64,000 bases of DNA, from positions 16,012 to 80,011 of the IMG/VR virus record IMGVR_UViG_3300028569_000028. One strand, 5' to 3'. The position numbers were made by a program, and so were the translations under genes. This document shows, one piece after another, positions 18,965 through 28,950 of this stretch (the first letter of the stretch is position 1; each line of letters starts with the position of its first letter). This DNA is from a virus. Under the pieces are notes generated by a model. It searched no databases and was not told where the DNA came from. It was given only the letters and a program-made list of their open reading frames with translations.

Positions 18965-19887
18965 AAACTCCTGAACAAATAAAGTTGGAACTAGACGAAT
19001 ACGTTATTGGACATGAAAAAACCAAGCGTTCTATGTCAGTTGCGGCTTATAATCACTTTAAGAGAATGGCTGGAAGTAACATTAAAAAAAGTAATGTACT
19101 TTTAATGGGACCGACTGGATGCGGAAAAACATACATGGTTTCTATTCTAGCTAAAATTCTAGGAGTTAACTTTCTTACAAGCGACGCTACTCAATTTACC
19201 TCATCTGGATATCAAGGTAGGAGCGTCGAGGAGTTAATCACAGACATCATTGGTGTTTGTGAGGATGATGAAAAGAAAGCTAGTAAAGCTATTATATACA
19301 TTGATGAAATTGATAAGCTTAGAAAAAAAGACTCCGCTGGTTCTGGTCCAGATGTTAACGGTCTTGGAGTTCAACAATCACTACTAAAACTTTTGGAAGG
19401 GAGTGATGTACCTTATATTTCTAAATATTCTCAAAATGGAGAATATGATAAAAAGATGAATACTAAAGATATTATGTTTATATGTTCTGGAGCTTTTGTT
19501 GGTCTTGAATCAACTTCAATACCGCATCTAATTGATTTTGGAATGATCCCAGAGTTTTTAGGAAGATTTTCTGTAATTACCCAACTTCAAGAGCTTAAGT
19601 TTGATGATTATAAAAAAATCCTTAAAGACTCTAAAGGTTCGATTCTAAATTCATTTCGTGAGTGGTTTTCAAGTGAAAAAATTGAGCTTGTGGTCGATGA
19701 CAGTGCTCTTAATATCATTGCACAAAAAGCCATTGAAAAAGGTCTTGGAGCTAGAGGATTACACAGCGTTCTTGACGAAGCTTTATTAAATGCTCAATTT
19801 GAAGCCCCTAGTTTGACTAACAAGCCAAAACAATTTATACTTGACGCTAGTGTTGTAATGACAGGAAAATCTAAATGGGTTTACTAA
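18961..19887 (+). CDS. clpX: ClpX-like AAA+ ATPase lacking the zinc-binding domain and IGF loop
   Basis: LDEYVIG, AAYNHFKR, KSNVLLMGPTGCGKT, IYIDEIDK, GVQQSLLKLLEG, FICSGAF, PEFLGR, GARGL. Confidence 0.9.
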   Translation: MKTPEQIKLELDEYVIGHEKTKRSMSVAAYNHFKRMAGSNIKKSNVLLMGPTGCGKTYMVSILAKILGVNFLTSDATQFTSSGYQGRSVEELITDIIGVCEDDEKKASKAIIYIDEIDKLRKKDSAGSGPDVNGLGVQQSLLKLLEGSDVPYISKYSQNGEYDKKMNTKDIMFICSGAFVGLESTSIPHLIDFGMIPEFLGRFSVITQLQELKFDDYKKILKDSKGSILNSFREWFSSEKIELVVDDSALNIIAQKAIEKGLGARGLHSVLDEALLNAQFEAPSLTNKPKQFILDASVVMTGKSKWVY

Positions 19888-19897
19888 AAGGAAGATT

Positions 19898-20158
19898 ATG
19901 AGCTATAGCATTGATGGAAAAATTGCAAATCAAAGTACAGTCTTAAGATTATCTGGAAAAGTATCCTGTGCTAAATGTTGTAAGAGTATTAAAGCTCCGG
20001 AATTAGCTATAGTAAATAATTCTGCAACGAAACAAATATTTGACTGTGCTAGTTACATTGGAACAGAGCATTTCGTTTATGAGAGTAAAAGTGGCACAGC
20101 TGTTATTTATTGCTCAGAATATTGCAGAAACAAGCACAATCATAGATTTAACAAATGA
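19898..20158 (+). CDS. small zinc-finger protein
   Basis: CAKC...YCSEYC. Confidence 0.6.
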   Translation: MSYSIDGKIANQSTVLRLSGKVSCAKCCKSIKAPELAIVNNSATKQIFDCASYIGTEHFVYESKSGTAVIYCSEYCRNKHNHRFNK

Positions 20159-20346
20159 AAAGAAGTGAGATGATTGACATTCTTAATAATGCTATCAACT
20201 CTAATCTCTACCAAGATTACTATTTTAGCGAAGATATGCTGGAAGAAGTCTTGCTTGCAATAGAAGAAGCGGGAATGTTGCCTCCAAGGTGTGAACTTAT
20301 TAAATTAGGCATATCGGATAATGCTTGGGAGCCTGAGAGTGAATAA
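20155..20346 (+). CDS. hypothetical protein
   Basis: MKRSEMI...IEEAGMLPP; coupled ORF. Confidence 0.6.
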   Translation: MKRSEMIDILNNAINSNLYQDYYFSEDMLEEVLLAIEEAGMLPPRCELIKLGISDNAWEPESE

Positions 20347-20890
20347 CGCTAATCTACCCCCTATTCGGGTTTATGTCTGGGACTATTTCCTTTTTGACTG
20401 CGACTCTAATAAAGAAGGCAAAACTGGTGGACATTTAGTGTCTGTCCGAGCAAGACAGAATCAAGCCCTTCAATTTAACGTCATTTTGGACACAGGTGCT
20501 CTTTTCACTGGACTTCCTGCCCATGCTATTACCTTTAGAGAAGACCTAAGTAATGGCAAATTAGAGCTTCCTGATGCTCAGATGTGGGACTGTATTAGCG
20601 ATGACGTAGAAGTGTTCTGTATGGAAAGTTTACGATATGCTGAATGCGAAGTTCGTCCCAGTATAATTGGAGCAAAATTAGGTACTTATCTTTTCACAGT
20701 TGATTTTGTTGGGGGAGGCTATTCTAGGCATCCCACTCACTGGAAAATGCTTCATGCTGTTCAGACTTTGGATGGCTATTTTATGCTGTATCCGCAATAT
20801 AGAATTACTTTCTTGGATAAAGCTTTGTATGAAGATAAAGAACTTCCGCAGTATAAAGCAAATTCAAAACATTGGATTGTGGGTTCATGA
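20321..20890 (+). CDS. hypothetical protein
   Basis: 189-aa ORF. Confidence 0.65.
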   Translation: MLGSLRVNNANLPPIRVYVWDYFLFDCDSNKEGKTGGHLVSVRARQNQALQFNVILDTGALFTGLPAHAITFREDLSNGKLELPDAQMWDCISDDVEVFCMESLRYAECEVRPSIIGAKLGTYLFTVDFVGGGYSRHPTHWKMLHAVQTLDGYFMLYPQYRITFLDKALYEDKELPQYKANSKHWIVGS

Positions 20891-20971
20891 AAGACTTTAC
20901 TTGGGGAACTTTAATTTGTTGCTTATTTTTAGCTTTTATGTTAGGGTTTTTAGCATGTCACAAGCTTTATA

Positions 20972-21400
20972 GTGGGCTTGAGGAGGAAAGTGATGCTAAC
21001 TACGATTTTACTAGGCGGATTGACTCATCACTTTCTAGGAAGTAGCCTTCCATATTGCAATAGAGTTAATAACTTTGGATCAATTGTAAATCCATATGCT
21101 GTTGTAATGAAGGGTATAGAAGATCTAAAAGCTGGATTTATTTTAGGCACAGACTCAGCTTGTGGTACAATTGTAGGTCCAGTTTCTAGTTTTAAGCTTA
21201 GCGATAACGTAGATTTTATTGCCGGAGCTTACAATACAAACTTTAGGGAATTTAATAAGTTAGGAATTAAACCGTCTAATATAGTAGGACTAACTCCAAT
21301 GATTGGAATAAATTACAAAGTTAAGCTTACTAAAAGCATAAGTTTGGATAACATCATTTCTTTTGGAATAGTTTCACACGCAGTAAGTTTCAGCTTCTAG
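20972..21400 (+). CDS. putative small outer-membrane beta-barrel protein
   Basis: Hydrophobic N-terminus, alternating strands, ends AVSFSF*. Confidence 0.5.
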   Translation: MGLRRKVMLTTILLGGLTHHFLGSSLPYCNRVNNFGSIVNPYAVVMKGIEDLKAGFILGTDSACGTIVGPVSSFKLSDNVDFIAGAYNTNFREFNKLGIKPSNIVGLTPMIGINYKVKLTKSISLDNIISFGIVSHAVSFSF

Positions 21401-21666
21401 AAAAACATCTTAGCTACGCCAAAAATGAACATAGCAGCTGAAGATAAAGCTCCAATAACTTTAAGACTTGCATCCATTAAAGCGATATGCTTTTTAACTG
21501 GAACCATTTCTTGGCGAATAAGTTCAATATTTTCTTCTGCCAAGGATGTACGGTAAATGTGATGTTCTAAGTCTTTTGCCTGTCTAGCAAGGGTGACGTC
21601 AATACTGGAGAGTTTTTCATCAACTTTGTCTAACTTCTCTTCAATCTTTGTAAGCTGCTCTTTCAT
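21397..21666 (-). CDS. coiled-coil protein with C-terminal TM (holin/XhlA-like)
   Basis: Heptad N-terminus, TM VIGALSSAAMFIFGVA; last late gene. Confidence 0.55.
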   Translation of the reverse strand: MKEQLTKIEEKLDKVDEKLSSIDVTLARQAKDLEHHIYRTSLAEENIELIRQEMVPVKKHIALMDASLKVIGALSSAAMFIFGVAKMFF

Positions 21667-21680
21667 GACATTCCCTTTTT

Positions 21681-23747
21681 TTAAGCTGGACCTTTTAGCA
21701 TTAACGGTACTTCTTCTTCTGTTTCTTTCTTATCTTTAAGCTTACGCAATAATTCTCGAAAAGCTGGTTGCTGGTTTAGTCCAAAAAGGATAGCTTCTTT
21801 CTGAGAAGCTGGAGCATCTACAATTTGGCTTAGAACACGGCTATATTCTTGGGAAGCTTTGTCTGGAGAAGCTTGCATAGATTGAAGAACAGAAGCTATT
21901 TCAGAAGGATTGTCGGCTTTTAAAGTTTTTTTATAAACATTATATTGAGAACCTGCTTGTCCTCTTTCTAAACGCCTCAAAGCTTCTGAGCTAAAGTCTA
22001 CCTCAGTTGGCTGCTCATAAAATTCTTTTGCTGGTTTAATAAAGGCTTCTCCAGCTGCTTTAGTTGCTGGAACAACACCTTTTTCTAGCTCTTTTTTACC
22101 GGCTACATAAGCTCCTGTAACATCTGTAAATGGGATTGGATTGATAACTTCACCTGCAGTAACGCCTAATTTTTCTACACCTTCTAATCCAGCTTCTTCG
22201 GCTCCTTTGTAAGCCATGCCCCCAGCAACTAAAGCACCTAGCGGTCCTAGAATTTTTGATGCTTTTGCGGCTGTTTTATAAAGTCCTGAGCCTTTAGCTA
22301 AAGAAGCTGCTTCTTGTATTTTGGTTCCGGTTGGTATTAGTGGCACTGTAGACAATGCTCCCAATGCTCCCCCTACTCCACCAACAGCAGATCCTGCGCC
22401 AAGTGCAGCTAATGTTTTTAATCTAGTTACTCCCGGTAAATCTTTTGCCTCTTTTACTGTTTTTTTAATTCCCGATAACGGAAACTCTGTTTGAAATCTA
22501 TCCATATTTACTGGAAGCATGTCGCTCTGAAGCGGAACATTAAGCTCTACTTGTAATTCTTGAGCTTGATTAATATATTTATTTAACCTATTAATCTCTT
22601 TATCATTTCCTGTTTTATATAGGTTTTCTATTTTTTTATCATTTGTAATTTTAATATTACCTTCAGTATCTAAGCCTAATCCGAACTCCCTCATTCCTTT
22701 TTCAAGCTGTATAGCTTTTTGAGATTGAGCCTGTCCTTTTTTATATCCCTCAGCCCCTTCTAAATCTTTTAAATAGTTAGAAACGTTTCTAGCAATTTCT
22801 TGTTTAAATTTTTCAGCTTCACTTGGAGCAGCTAGGTAACTTAGTTGGTCTTGTAAACCTCTAACATAACTTGCTAAATTCTCAGGTGATATGGAGCCTG
22901 TTTTTAAAAAGTCTATTTCTTTTCTTAAAGCTTCTCCTAATTCTTTTTGTATTTTTTTATTAGCTAGTTCTGGACGAGCCTGTAAAAGCTCTCCCGGAAT
23001 ATTAGTAGATTTTTCAAAATCCTTTAAAGTTGGAGGAATAGATTCGGTAGGACTTTTTGCTAATTCTGGAATAGTTTCTGAAAGTTTTGAATTAACATTT
23101 TTCAATTCTTGAGATAATGTATTAATTTCTTTATTTCTTTCTATTGATTCAATGCCAGATTCTTGAATTTTTAATAATTTATTTTTTAGTATTTCTTGTT
23201 CATCTAATAAACTTTGTAATTCTGAAGCTTTTTTAGAAGGAACTTTTTTAGCTTGTGGCATTTCTTCTGGAGCAAGTTCCATTACTGGACCTTTGGTAAT
23301 ATCCCCCAGTTCTGGTATAATTTCTTGACCGCTAATAGGAGCTAAACCTTTAAGACTTTCAACTCCACGCTTTCTAGCTTCAAAGCCAGCTTGTCTTGTT
23401 TGTTGTGTTAGTTCTTGAAATTTATCTAAAAGATCTGAGAATGACCTAGCTTTTTTGTAATCTTCCGGGGCTTCAGATATAGTTTTCATTTGTTGAGGAG
23501 TTAACACTCCAACTTTTTCTAAAGCGTATTGTCCTGCTCCAGAAACTCCTCTACGCAAAGCTTCTGTTGCTAAACCACCTGTTATTGCTGCGGTTTTTAT
23601 TTTAGGTTGTTCAGATATAGGTTCCTGTTTTGTAACTACTGTTTCATTTACATCTTCTGTATCTTCAAAAGCAGGTAATGATTCTGTTTGATCAAAACTT
23701 GGTAATTCCTCAGTATCTTCAAAAGCTGGAAGTTTTTCATTTGCCAT
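21681..23747 (-). CDS. internal virion/DNA ejection protein
   Basis: Large helical protein with Gly/Ala hydrophobic segments, downstream of tail genes. Confidence 0.6.
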   Translation of the reverse strand: MANEKLPAFEDTEELPSFDQTESLPAFEDTEDVNETVVTKQEPISEQPKIKTAAITGGLATEALRRGVSGAGQYALEKVGVLTPQQMKTISEAPEDYKKARSFSDLLDKFQELTQQTRQAGFEARKRGVESLKGLAPISGQEIIPELGDITKGPVMELAPEEMPQAKKVPSKKASELQSLLDEQEILKNKLLKIQESGIESIERNKEINTLSQELKNVNSKLSETIPELAKSPTESIPPTLKDFEKSTNIPGELLQARPELANKKIQKELGEALRKEIDFLKTGSISPENLASYVRGLQDQLSYLAAPSEAEKFKQEIARNVSNYLKDLEGAEGYKKGQAQSQKAIQLEKGMREFGLGLDTEGNIKITNDKKIENLYKTGNDKEINRLNKYINQAQELQVELNVPLQSDMLPVNMDRFQTEFPLSGIKKTVKEAKDLPGVTRLKTLAALGAGSAVGGVGGALGALSTVPLIPTGTKIQEAASLAKGSGLYKTAAKASKILGPLGALVAGGMAYKGAEEAGLEGVEKLGVTAGEVINPIPFTDVTGAYVAGKKELEKGVVPATKAAGEAFIKPAKEFYEQPTEVDFSSEALRRLERGQAGSQYNVYKKTLKADNPSEIASVLQSMQASPDKASQEYSRVLSQIVDAPASQKEAILFGLNQQPAFRELLRKLKDKKETEEEVPLMLKGPA

Positions 23748-23749
23748 AA

Positions 23750-25000
23750 TTAATCCACGAATCTTATTGGTTTTAAAGTAGTTGTATCATATTCTACAGT
23801 TCTTCCACTCTTTTTATCTTTTCTAAGAAGTGTTTGAGATTTAGTTGTAGTTGGTTGTTCTTGTTGTTGCAAAACTAAATCTGGACGAATAGTTTCTTTA
23901 ACCTCGCCTTCTGACATTTTAGTACGCTTAGTACCTTGTTTTGCATATACGTTTAATCTATCTTGTAAATCTCTTTGTCCTGCTTTTTCAAAAGTATTGG
24001 CAAGTTGATTCATAAATTTTTTATTATTCTCAGTTAATGTACCAGTAGCAAGCTCTTGTGCAGCTTGTTGTAATCTATCTAAAACTGCTCTACTTCCACC
24101 AAATACGCTAACATCTTGGTCTGTTAATGTTCCAACTTCTCCAGATGCTCTTGCTGCAAAACGCTTAGCAGCCTCTGCTCCAATTGGGTTGTTTTCAGAA
24201 AGAAAATCTCTCATAGTTCTTGCAGAAGCCATTCTTTCTTCTGCTTTTACAACTTGTTTATCTTTATTAAAAGATTCCTGCAAATTCTTTACTTTATCAT
24301 ATTCAAATTTATCTTCTCTAAACTGTCTGGACTCTTCTTTCCCAGCCCCCATCCTTTCAACTTGCTTTCCATATAGTCTGTTCTTTTCTTCCATTGCTTG
24401 AATGCGTTGTTTTTCTAATTCTCTTTTAGCTGTAGAAGATTCACCTATAGCTAATTGCTTATATTGATCCATCAATGCTTGTCTTCTAGCAGCAACATCA
24501 CTTTGAATCTCTGGAGCTGTTGCAAACATATCAGCAACTTTACCCAATCCAGCACCTTGCTGAACTTGTACTCCCGGAGCTTTAACATTCATTTGACCTT
24601 GAGCATTAAGATACGTAGCTAACGCATCCCCAATACTTCCGCCAACTTTTAGCATTCTATCACGACTTCTGGCATCTTCCAAGCTTTGCTGATCTTTTCC
24701 AAGCATTTTTTGATACTCAGCAATTAAAGCTTCTGACTTTGACATTGTAGTTTTTGTGTCATCTGTGTCATCTTTAGCTGGAGGAGCTGGGGCTTTTGGG
24801 GCAGTTGAGGATTTAGTACTTTTTTGTGTATCTATTTTTGGAGCTACAATTGGAGCAACTTGTGGAACAACAACTTCTGGAGCTTGCATAGATAGCTGAG
24901 CAAGTTCTTCTGGAGTTAATGGAGCATTATCTTCTTGTGCTCCAAAAGCACTCATTAGCTCATTATTATTTAGCTGATCTAAAAAAATGTTTTTAGCCAT
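23750..25000 (-). CDS. internal virion/DNA ejection protein
   Basis: Helical Q/A-rich protein; position. Confidence 0.6.
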   Translation of the reverse strand: MAKNIFLDQLNNNELMSAFGAQEDNAPLTPEELAQLSMQAPEVVVPQVAPIVAPKIDTQKSTKSSTAPKAPAPPAKDDTDDTKTTMSKSEALIAEYQKMLGKDQQSLEDARSRDRMLKVGGSIGDALATYLNAQGQMNVKAPGVQVQQGAGLGKVADMFATAPEIQSDVAARRQALMDQYKQLAIGESSTAKRELEKQRIQAMEEKNRLYGKQVERMGAGKEESRQFREDKFEYDKVKNLQESFNKDKQVVKAEERMASARTMRDFLSENNPIGAEAAKRFAARASGEVGTLTDQDVSVFGGSRAVLDRLQQAAQELATGTLTENNKKFMNQLANTFEKAGQRDLQDRLNVYAKQGTKRTKMSEGEVKETIRPDLVLQQQEQPTTTKSQTLLRKDKKSGRTVEYDTTTLKPIRFVD

Positions 25001-25011
25001 ATTATTTATTC

Positions 25012-25974
25012 CTATTTCAATTTATTCATGTAAAAATCATCATAAGGATTAGCTGCAGTATCTCCACCATAACCACTCATTGCTGTTTGAGTTCCAGCTC
25101 CTGCGGCTGCACTTTTACCATAAGCTCCCATACCAGCAGCACCTACTGTACCTGCTAAGTTTAACATAGCTCCAGTTTGAGCTTGCTTAGCTTGTTGAGC
25201 CGCTGCCGCCTGTTTTTGCAAATTATCCGCCATTGAAGTTTGTGCCCCAGAGACTCCAGTAGCTTTTGCCATTTCCATTCGAAACTGTTCAGGAATTAAA
25301 CCTTTATTTGCTATTTCCATTTGATTTCTTGTAGCAGTTCCCATATTTGCGATATTTTGTTTTTGTTGTATATTAAATAAATTAATAGCTTCTCTTGCTC
25401 TTTTATTTTCTAAATTAATTTCATCAGCTCTGGTAGCTTTCTGTCCAGCAAGTCCGAGTTGTTGTTGTTGCATTCCAGAAGCCATATTTGATTGTTGTCC
25501 TAAAGCTGCCATTCTTGCTTGTTGAGCTTGAGCTGCTGTTTGTAAAGCAACATCCCTTCCACTTTGACCTGCACCTTGAACTGCTTGTGCCTGAAGAGCT
25601 AACTTCTGTCCTTGACCAAGAGTTGGATCTTCTTTAAGTTGCTGTAAACGAGCTTGTTCTGAGCCGGCAATTCTACCAAGTCCTTCTTCTAAGTTTAATC
25701 TAGATTGAGCATCAAGTCCACCAGCTTCTGTAACTCCAGTAATTCCTTCTAATGCTGCCATTTGTGCAGCTTGAAGTCTTGGGTCCATTGCAATTTCTTC
25801 AAATCTGGATGGTCCTAATGCTTCAGCTTCCAATTGTCCTACAAGTTCTGGAGCTTCCAATGCAATTTTTTGAGCTTCAATTGTTGGAATACCGATAGCT
25901 TCTAGACGGGCAATGTTGTCTCGCATAAGCTTGTTGGCTGATTTCATTTCACTTTTTCCAGCATTTTTACTCAT
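25012..25974 (-). CDS. internal virion/DNA ejection protein
   Basis: Q/A/G-rich, typical of podovirus pilot proteins. Confidence 0.6.
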   Translation of the reverse strand: MSKNAGKSEMKSANKLMRDNIARLEAIGIPTIEAQKIALEAPELVGQLEAEALGPSRFEEIAMDPRLQAAQMAALEGITGVTEAGGLDAQSRLNLEEGLGRIAGSEQARLQQLKEDPTLGQGQKLALQAQAVQGAGQSGRDVALQTAAQAQQARMAALGQQSNMASGMQQQQLGLAGQKATRADEINLENKRAREAINLFNIQQKQNIANMGTATRNQMEIANKGLIPEQFRMEMAKATGVSGAQTSMADNLQKQAAAAQQAKQAQTGAMLNLAGTVGAAGMGAYGKSAAAGAGTQTAMSGYGGDTAANPYDDFYMNKLK

Positions 25975-26323
25975 ATCTCACACCTCTATTATAAATTATC
26001 TGATAAACATCTTCGTAATTATGTTGCATTCCAAAAAGCCTACAAAGATGCGCAGTTCTTTGTTGGGTAAACTCAGAAGTGCTTTTACTTATTTGAGCAG
26101 AAATTGTTTTACATTCTTTTTGTTTAGCAATTTCTTCTACTTTAGTTGCTAATTCTTTCCACTTATCTCTACCCCTTGCTAGAGGAGTTACGTACATTTC
26201 TATAATTTTTATACATTTAACTGGACCAATTTCCTGTAGCTCATAAGTTACAAAGCTATCTTCATCCTCTAAGGTTTCCCAGTTAACCGTTTCTTTAACA
26301 AACTCTGCGTATAGACTAGCCAT
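25967..26323 (-). CDS. GNAT-family acetyltransferase-like protein
   Basis: IIEMYVTPLARGR...AKQKECKTI motif A; typical position among ejection genes. Confidence 0.7.
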   Translation of the reverse strand: MASLYAEFVKETVNWETLEDEDSFVTYELQEIGPVKCIKIIEMYVTPLARGRDKWKELATKVEEIAKQKECKTISAQISKSTSEFTQQRTAHLCRLFGMQHNYEDVYQIIYNRGVRYE

Positions 26324-28545
26324 TAACTTTGCCTACGCAATAAATCCGTTAAAGCTGCAGTTCTTGCTCTTGTTGCTTCTGTATCAACAATATTAGCTCT
26401 ATTTTCAAATCCTTGACCTTGTAGAAATTGAGCATATTTATTTTGTAAATCTTGAATTGCTAAATCTTTTGCTATTGCAGAACCATAAGCTTTCATCTCT
26501 CCAGTATTAATACCGCCTATAGCTCCTCCGATTCCTCGTAAAGCACTGCCTATAGCTCCGCTAGAGCTTCCGCCAACATTAGAGATAGCTCCTCCAACTT
26601 TTGAGCGAGCATCTTGAACTCCTGTTGCAATAGTTCCTAATCCTTTAATTCCTAATTTTTCTTCTAGTTCTTTTGCAAGATCAGTATACAATTGAGTTGT
26701 GTCTAAAGTATTAGCCCCTGCGAATCCCCCAACAGCTCCTCCTATTGCAGCTCCTATACCAGCACCAATAGGACCAGTTCCAGTCATAGCACCAATACTA
26801 GCCCCTGTACTAGCTCCTGCACCAACACCTTCTAGTGCCGATCCGCCAATTCCTTCTTGTATATCTCTACTAGTTGATGTAGCACCTAAATATTTATTAA
26901 GCAAGTCTTTATCTGACAGTAGAGATTTTATCCCTTCTGTACCTTCTGCACCAACATCGTACCCAGCTTGACGAAGCATGTCAGATACATTCCCTTCAAC
27001 AGATGCACCGTATGTTTTTGTTTTTTTACCATATACATTACCACGAGATACTTTCTTTTCTCCCGTTCCTGTTAATGTAGCTCCCTCGGCTGCAGTTTTA
27101 AATCCTTGCTGAGATTCATTTAACAACCTTCTAAAAGACTCGACATCTAAGGAAGATGATAAATCCTGAGTTCCGGCTTTTGATAAATCGCTATATGTTA
27201 AATCTTTTTGTAATTCTCTTGAAATATCTGTACCAGCAAGTTGTTGTAATGCAAGTTGTCTAGAAAGTTCATCTTTAGTAATAAGTTTAGCACGTTCTGC
27301 TTCAGCAGCTTTGATATCTTCTGGACGAATGTTATAAAGTCCCTCACCCGCTCCAATTCCTAAAACAGCAGCTTCTTCTGCAGATAATTCCCATTGTGGC
27401 TTAGTTTTAGTTGCTAATGATTGTTTAAAATACTCTGGAAGTCTATCCCACTCTGTTTGATAAACTGGATTACCTGCTGTATCTACAATTTGCTTTCCTG
27501 CAGAATCAAGTTTTGCAATTTTATTGCCTTGCGTATCAACTGCTGGAGTTTTAATTAAATCATCAATTCTTTTTTCTGTAGCTTGTTCTTCTACAGCTCT
27601 TGCTCCAGTAAACTCTTGTCTTGCTCCAGATCGAATCCCTTCAATTACGGCTTGTCTTTGTACTGCCTCATTGGTGGAAAGATTCTGAGCAGCTTGTAAA
27701 GCTTCTTGAGCTTTAGCAGCTGGTTGAGCTTGTTCTTGTAGTTGTTTAACGCCTTGCTGAGATGCGTTTAAAAGAAGAGCATCAAGCTTTGACACACCCC
27801 TTCCATATTCTCTCGTTCTACCAAATACATCTTTTAAAAGCTGCTCTCTACCTAACGCAGTCTGAGTCTTTTGTGCCGCTTCCTGAGCTGTTCTAGCTTT
27901 CTGAGATGCTTGTTCGTAAAGCCCCGCTTGCTGAAGAGAAGCCGGTCCTTGATATTGAGCATTAATAATTTCAGCAAAACGCTGTTGTTGTTCTGGAGTG
28001 AAATATTGTTGAGCTTGAGCTTGTGGCTGAGTTGGTGCTTGAGTGGGGGTTGGAATAGCTGGAGCTTGTCCTTCTACTAATGCTGCAGCTTGTGTTTGTG
28101 GTTGTGGTTGTGGAGCTTGATAAGTCGCTCCTCTAGCAGTTCCAACAATACCTTTAGCTTCTTGTGCAGCTGTTTCCATACTCTTGATGGAGCCAGCTTC
28201 CATTCGTCTTCCAAACGCTTCCTGAGCTTGTTGTGTGCCTTTTTGAGCACCTGCTCCAAGTTTCTGAACCTGTTGAGTAGCGGCTTGAGCAACACGCTGT
28301 TGCCCTCCACTTTGAGCGGCTTGTAAATAATTTTTTAAATTGGAAAAAGTGCCAGTTCCAGCTTTAGGCTGTTTTGGCATTGGCATTGATGATTGGGATG
28401 GTTGACTCGCTCCAATAGTTGCTGGAGCGGAGGAAGCCTGTTGAGGCTGTTGTTCTTCGGGCTGTGGTTGACCAGCCATGCCTTGACCTAGTGCTTGGCT
28501 TGTACCTTGACCTTGTTGTTGTTCTTCGTCTTTTACAATAGCCAT
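26323..28545 (-). CDS. internal virion/DNA ejection protein with glycine-zipper region
   Basis: Q-rich; GAGIGAAIGGAVGG. Confidence 0.6.
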   Translation of the reverse strand: MAIVKDEEQQQGQGTSQALGQGMAGQPQPEEQQPQQASSAPATIGASQPSQSSMPMPKQPKAGTGTFSNLKNYLQAAQSGGQQRVAQAATQQVQKLGAGAQKGTQQAQEAFGRRMEAGSIKSMETAAQEAKGIVGTARGATYQAPQPQPQTQAAALVEGQAPAIPTPTQAPTQPQAQAQQYFTPEQQQRFAEIINAQYQGPASLQQAGLYEQASQKARTAQEAAQKTQTALGREQLLKDVFGRTREYGRGVSKLDALLLNASQQGVKQLQEQAQPAAKAQEALQAAQNLSTNEAVQRQAVIEGIRSGARQEFTGARAVEEQATEKRIDDLIKTPAVDTQGNKIAKLDSAGKQIVDTAGNPVYQTEWDRLPEYFKQSLATKTKPQWELSAEEAAVLGIGAGEGLYNIRPEDIKAAEAERAKLITKDELSRQLALQQLAGTDISRELQKDLTYSDLSKAGTQDLSSSLDVESFRRLLNESQQGFKTAAEGATLTGTGEKKVSRGNVYGKKTKTYGASVEGNVSDMLRQAGYDVGAEGTEGIKSLLSDKDLLNKYLGATSTSRDIQEGIGGSALEGVGAGASTGASIGAMTGTGPIGAGIGAAIGGAVGGFAGANTLDTTQLYTDLAKELEEKLGIKGLGTIATGVQDARSKVGGAISNVGGSSSGAIGSALRGIGGAIGGINTGEMKAYGSAIAKDLAIQDLQNKYAQFLQGQGFENRANIVDTEATRARTAALTDLLRRQS

Positions 28546-28564
28546 ATGTATTTTTCCTCTGTAA

Positions 28565-28574
28565 TATAAGGGTG
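28565..28574 (-). promoter_or_regulatory. late promoter motif CACCCTTATA
   Basis: One of 9 intergenic copies; ~20 nt upstream of ATG 28545. Confidence 0.8.
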
Positions 28575-28622
28575 TTAAATGGCATTTTTCACATTCAACA
28601 CAATATCAATTACTTATAACTA

Positions 28623-28651
28623 TTGCCAGTCTCACAAAGTTATGCTATATT
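28623..28651 (+). promoter_or_regulatory. sigma70-like promoter for a putative ncRNA
   Basis: TTGCCA-17nt-TATATT with TGn extension; TCACAAA/TTTGTGA inverted repeat flanks the -10. Confidence 0.6.
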
Positions 28652-28657
28652 TGTGAA

Positions 28658-28950
28658 CGGAGACTAACATCTCCTCTTTTTGCTCTTTTGGACCGTGAAA
28701 TAGAGAGTTTACAAGCGAACTCGATATATGAGCCGGTGTAGGAAACGAAATACTCAACTAGGTGTCGTAAAACCACTAAGTACCTAGCGGAAAGCCAGAG
28801 AGTTAAACAAAACAACTTATAGACTTGGGGTTTTGTAGAAAAGAGAAATTCAGGTTAAAAGCCCCAGCCTTATCCCCAATTAGCTAAAAAGCACATTAAG
28901 GATTTGGTTTTACTAAAAAGAGATTTAAGCTCTATATAAGTGAAACTATG
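28658..28950 (+). ncRNA. putative structured non-coding RNA, family unknown
   Basis: Within a 410-nt gap lacking a credible ORF; own promoter; several stems, some with G-U pairs on the + strand. Confidence 0.5.

Noticed and set aside
19480-19510. GAFVG in the ATPase as a sigma54-activator GAFTGA loop
   Set aside because: It is the ordinary ClpX CGGAF motif, in the wrong position for an enhancer-binding protein.
17110-19887. Canonical phage ClpXP protease
   Set aside because: ClpX lacks the IGF loop and ClpP appears to have a signal peptide.
28658-28950. RNase P, tmRNA, hammerhead or group II domain V identity for the ncRNA candidate
   Set aside because: Only fragmentary resemblance; no GAGGAAAGUCC, no tRNA-like ends, no CUGAUGA, and GAGCCG lacks a closing CGGUUC.
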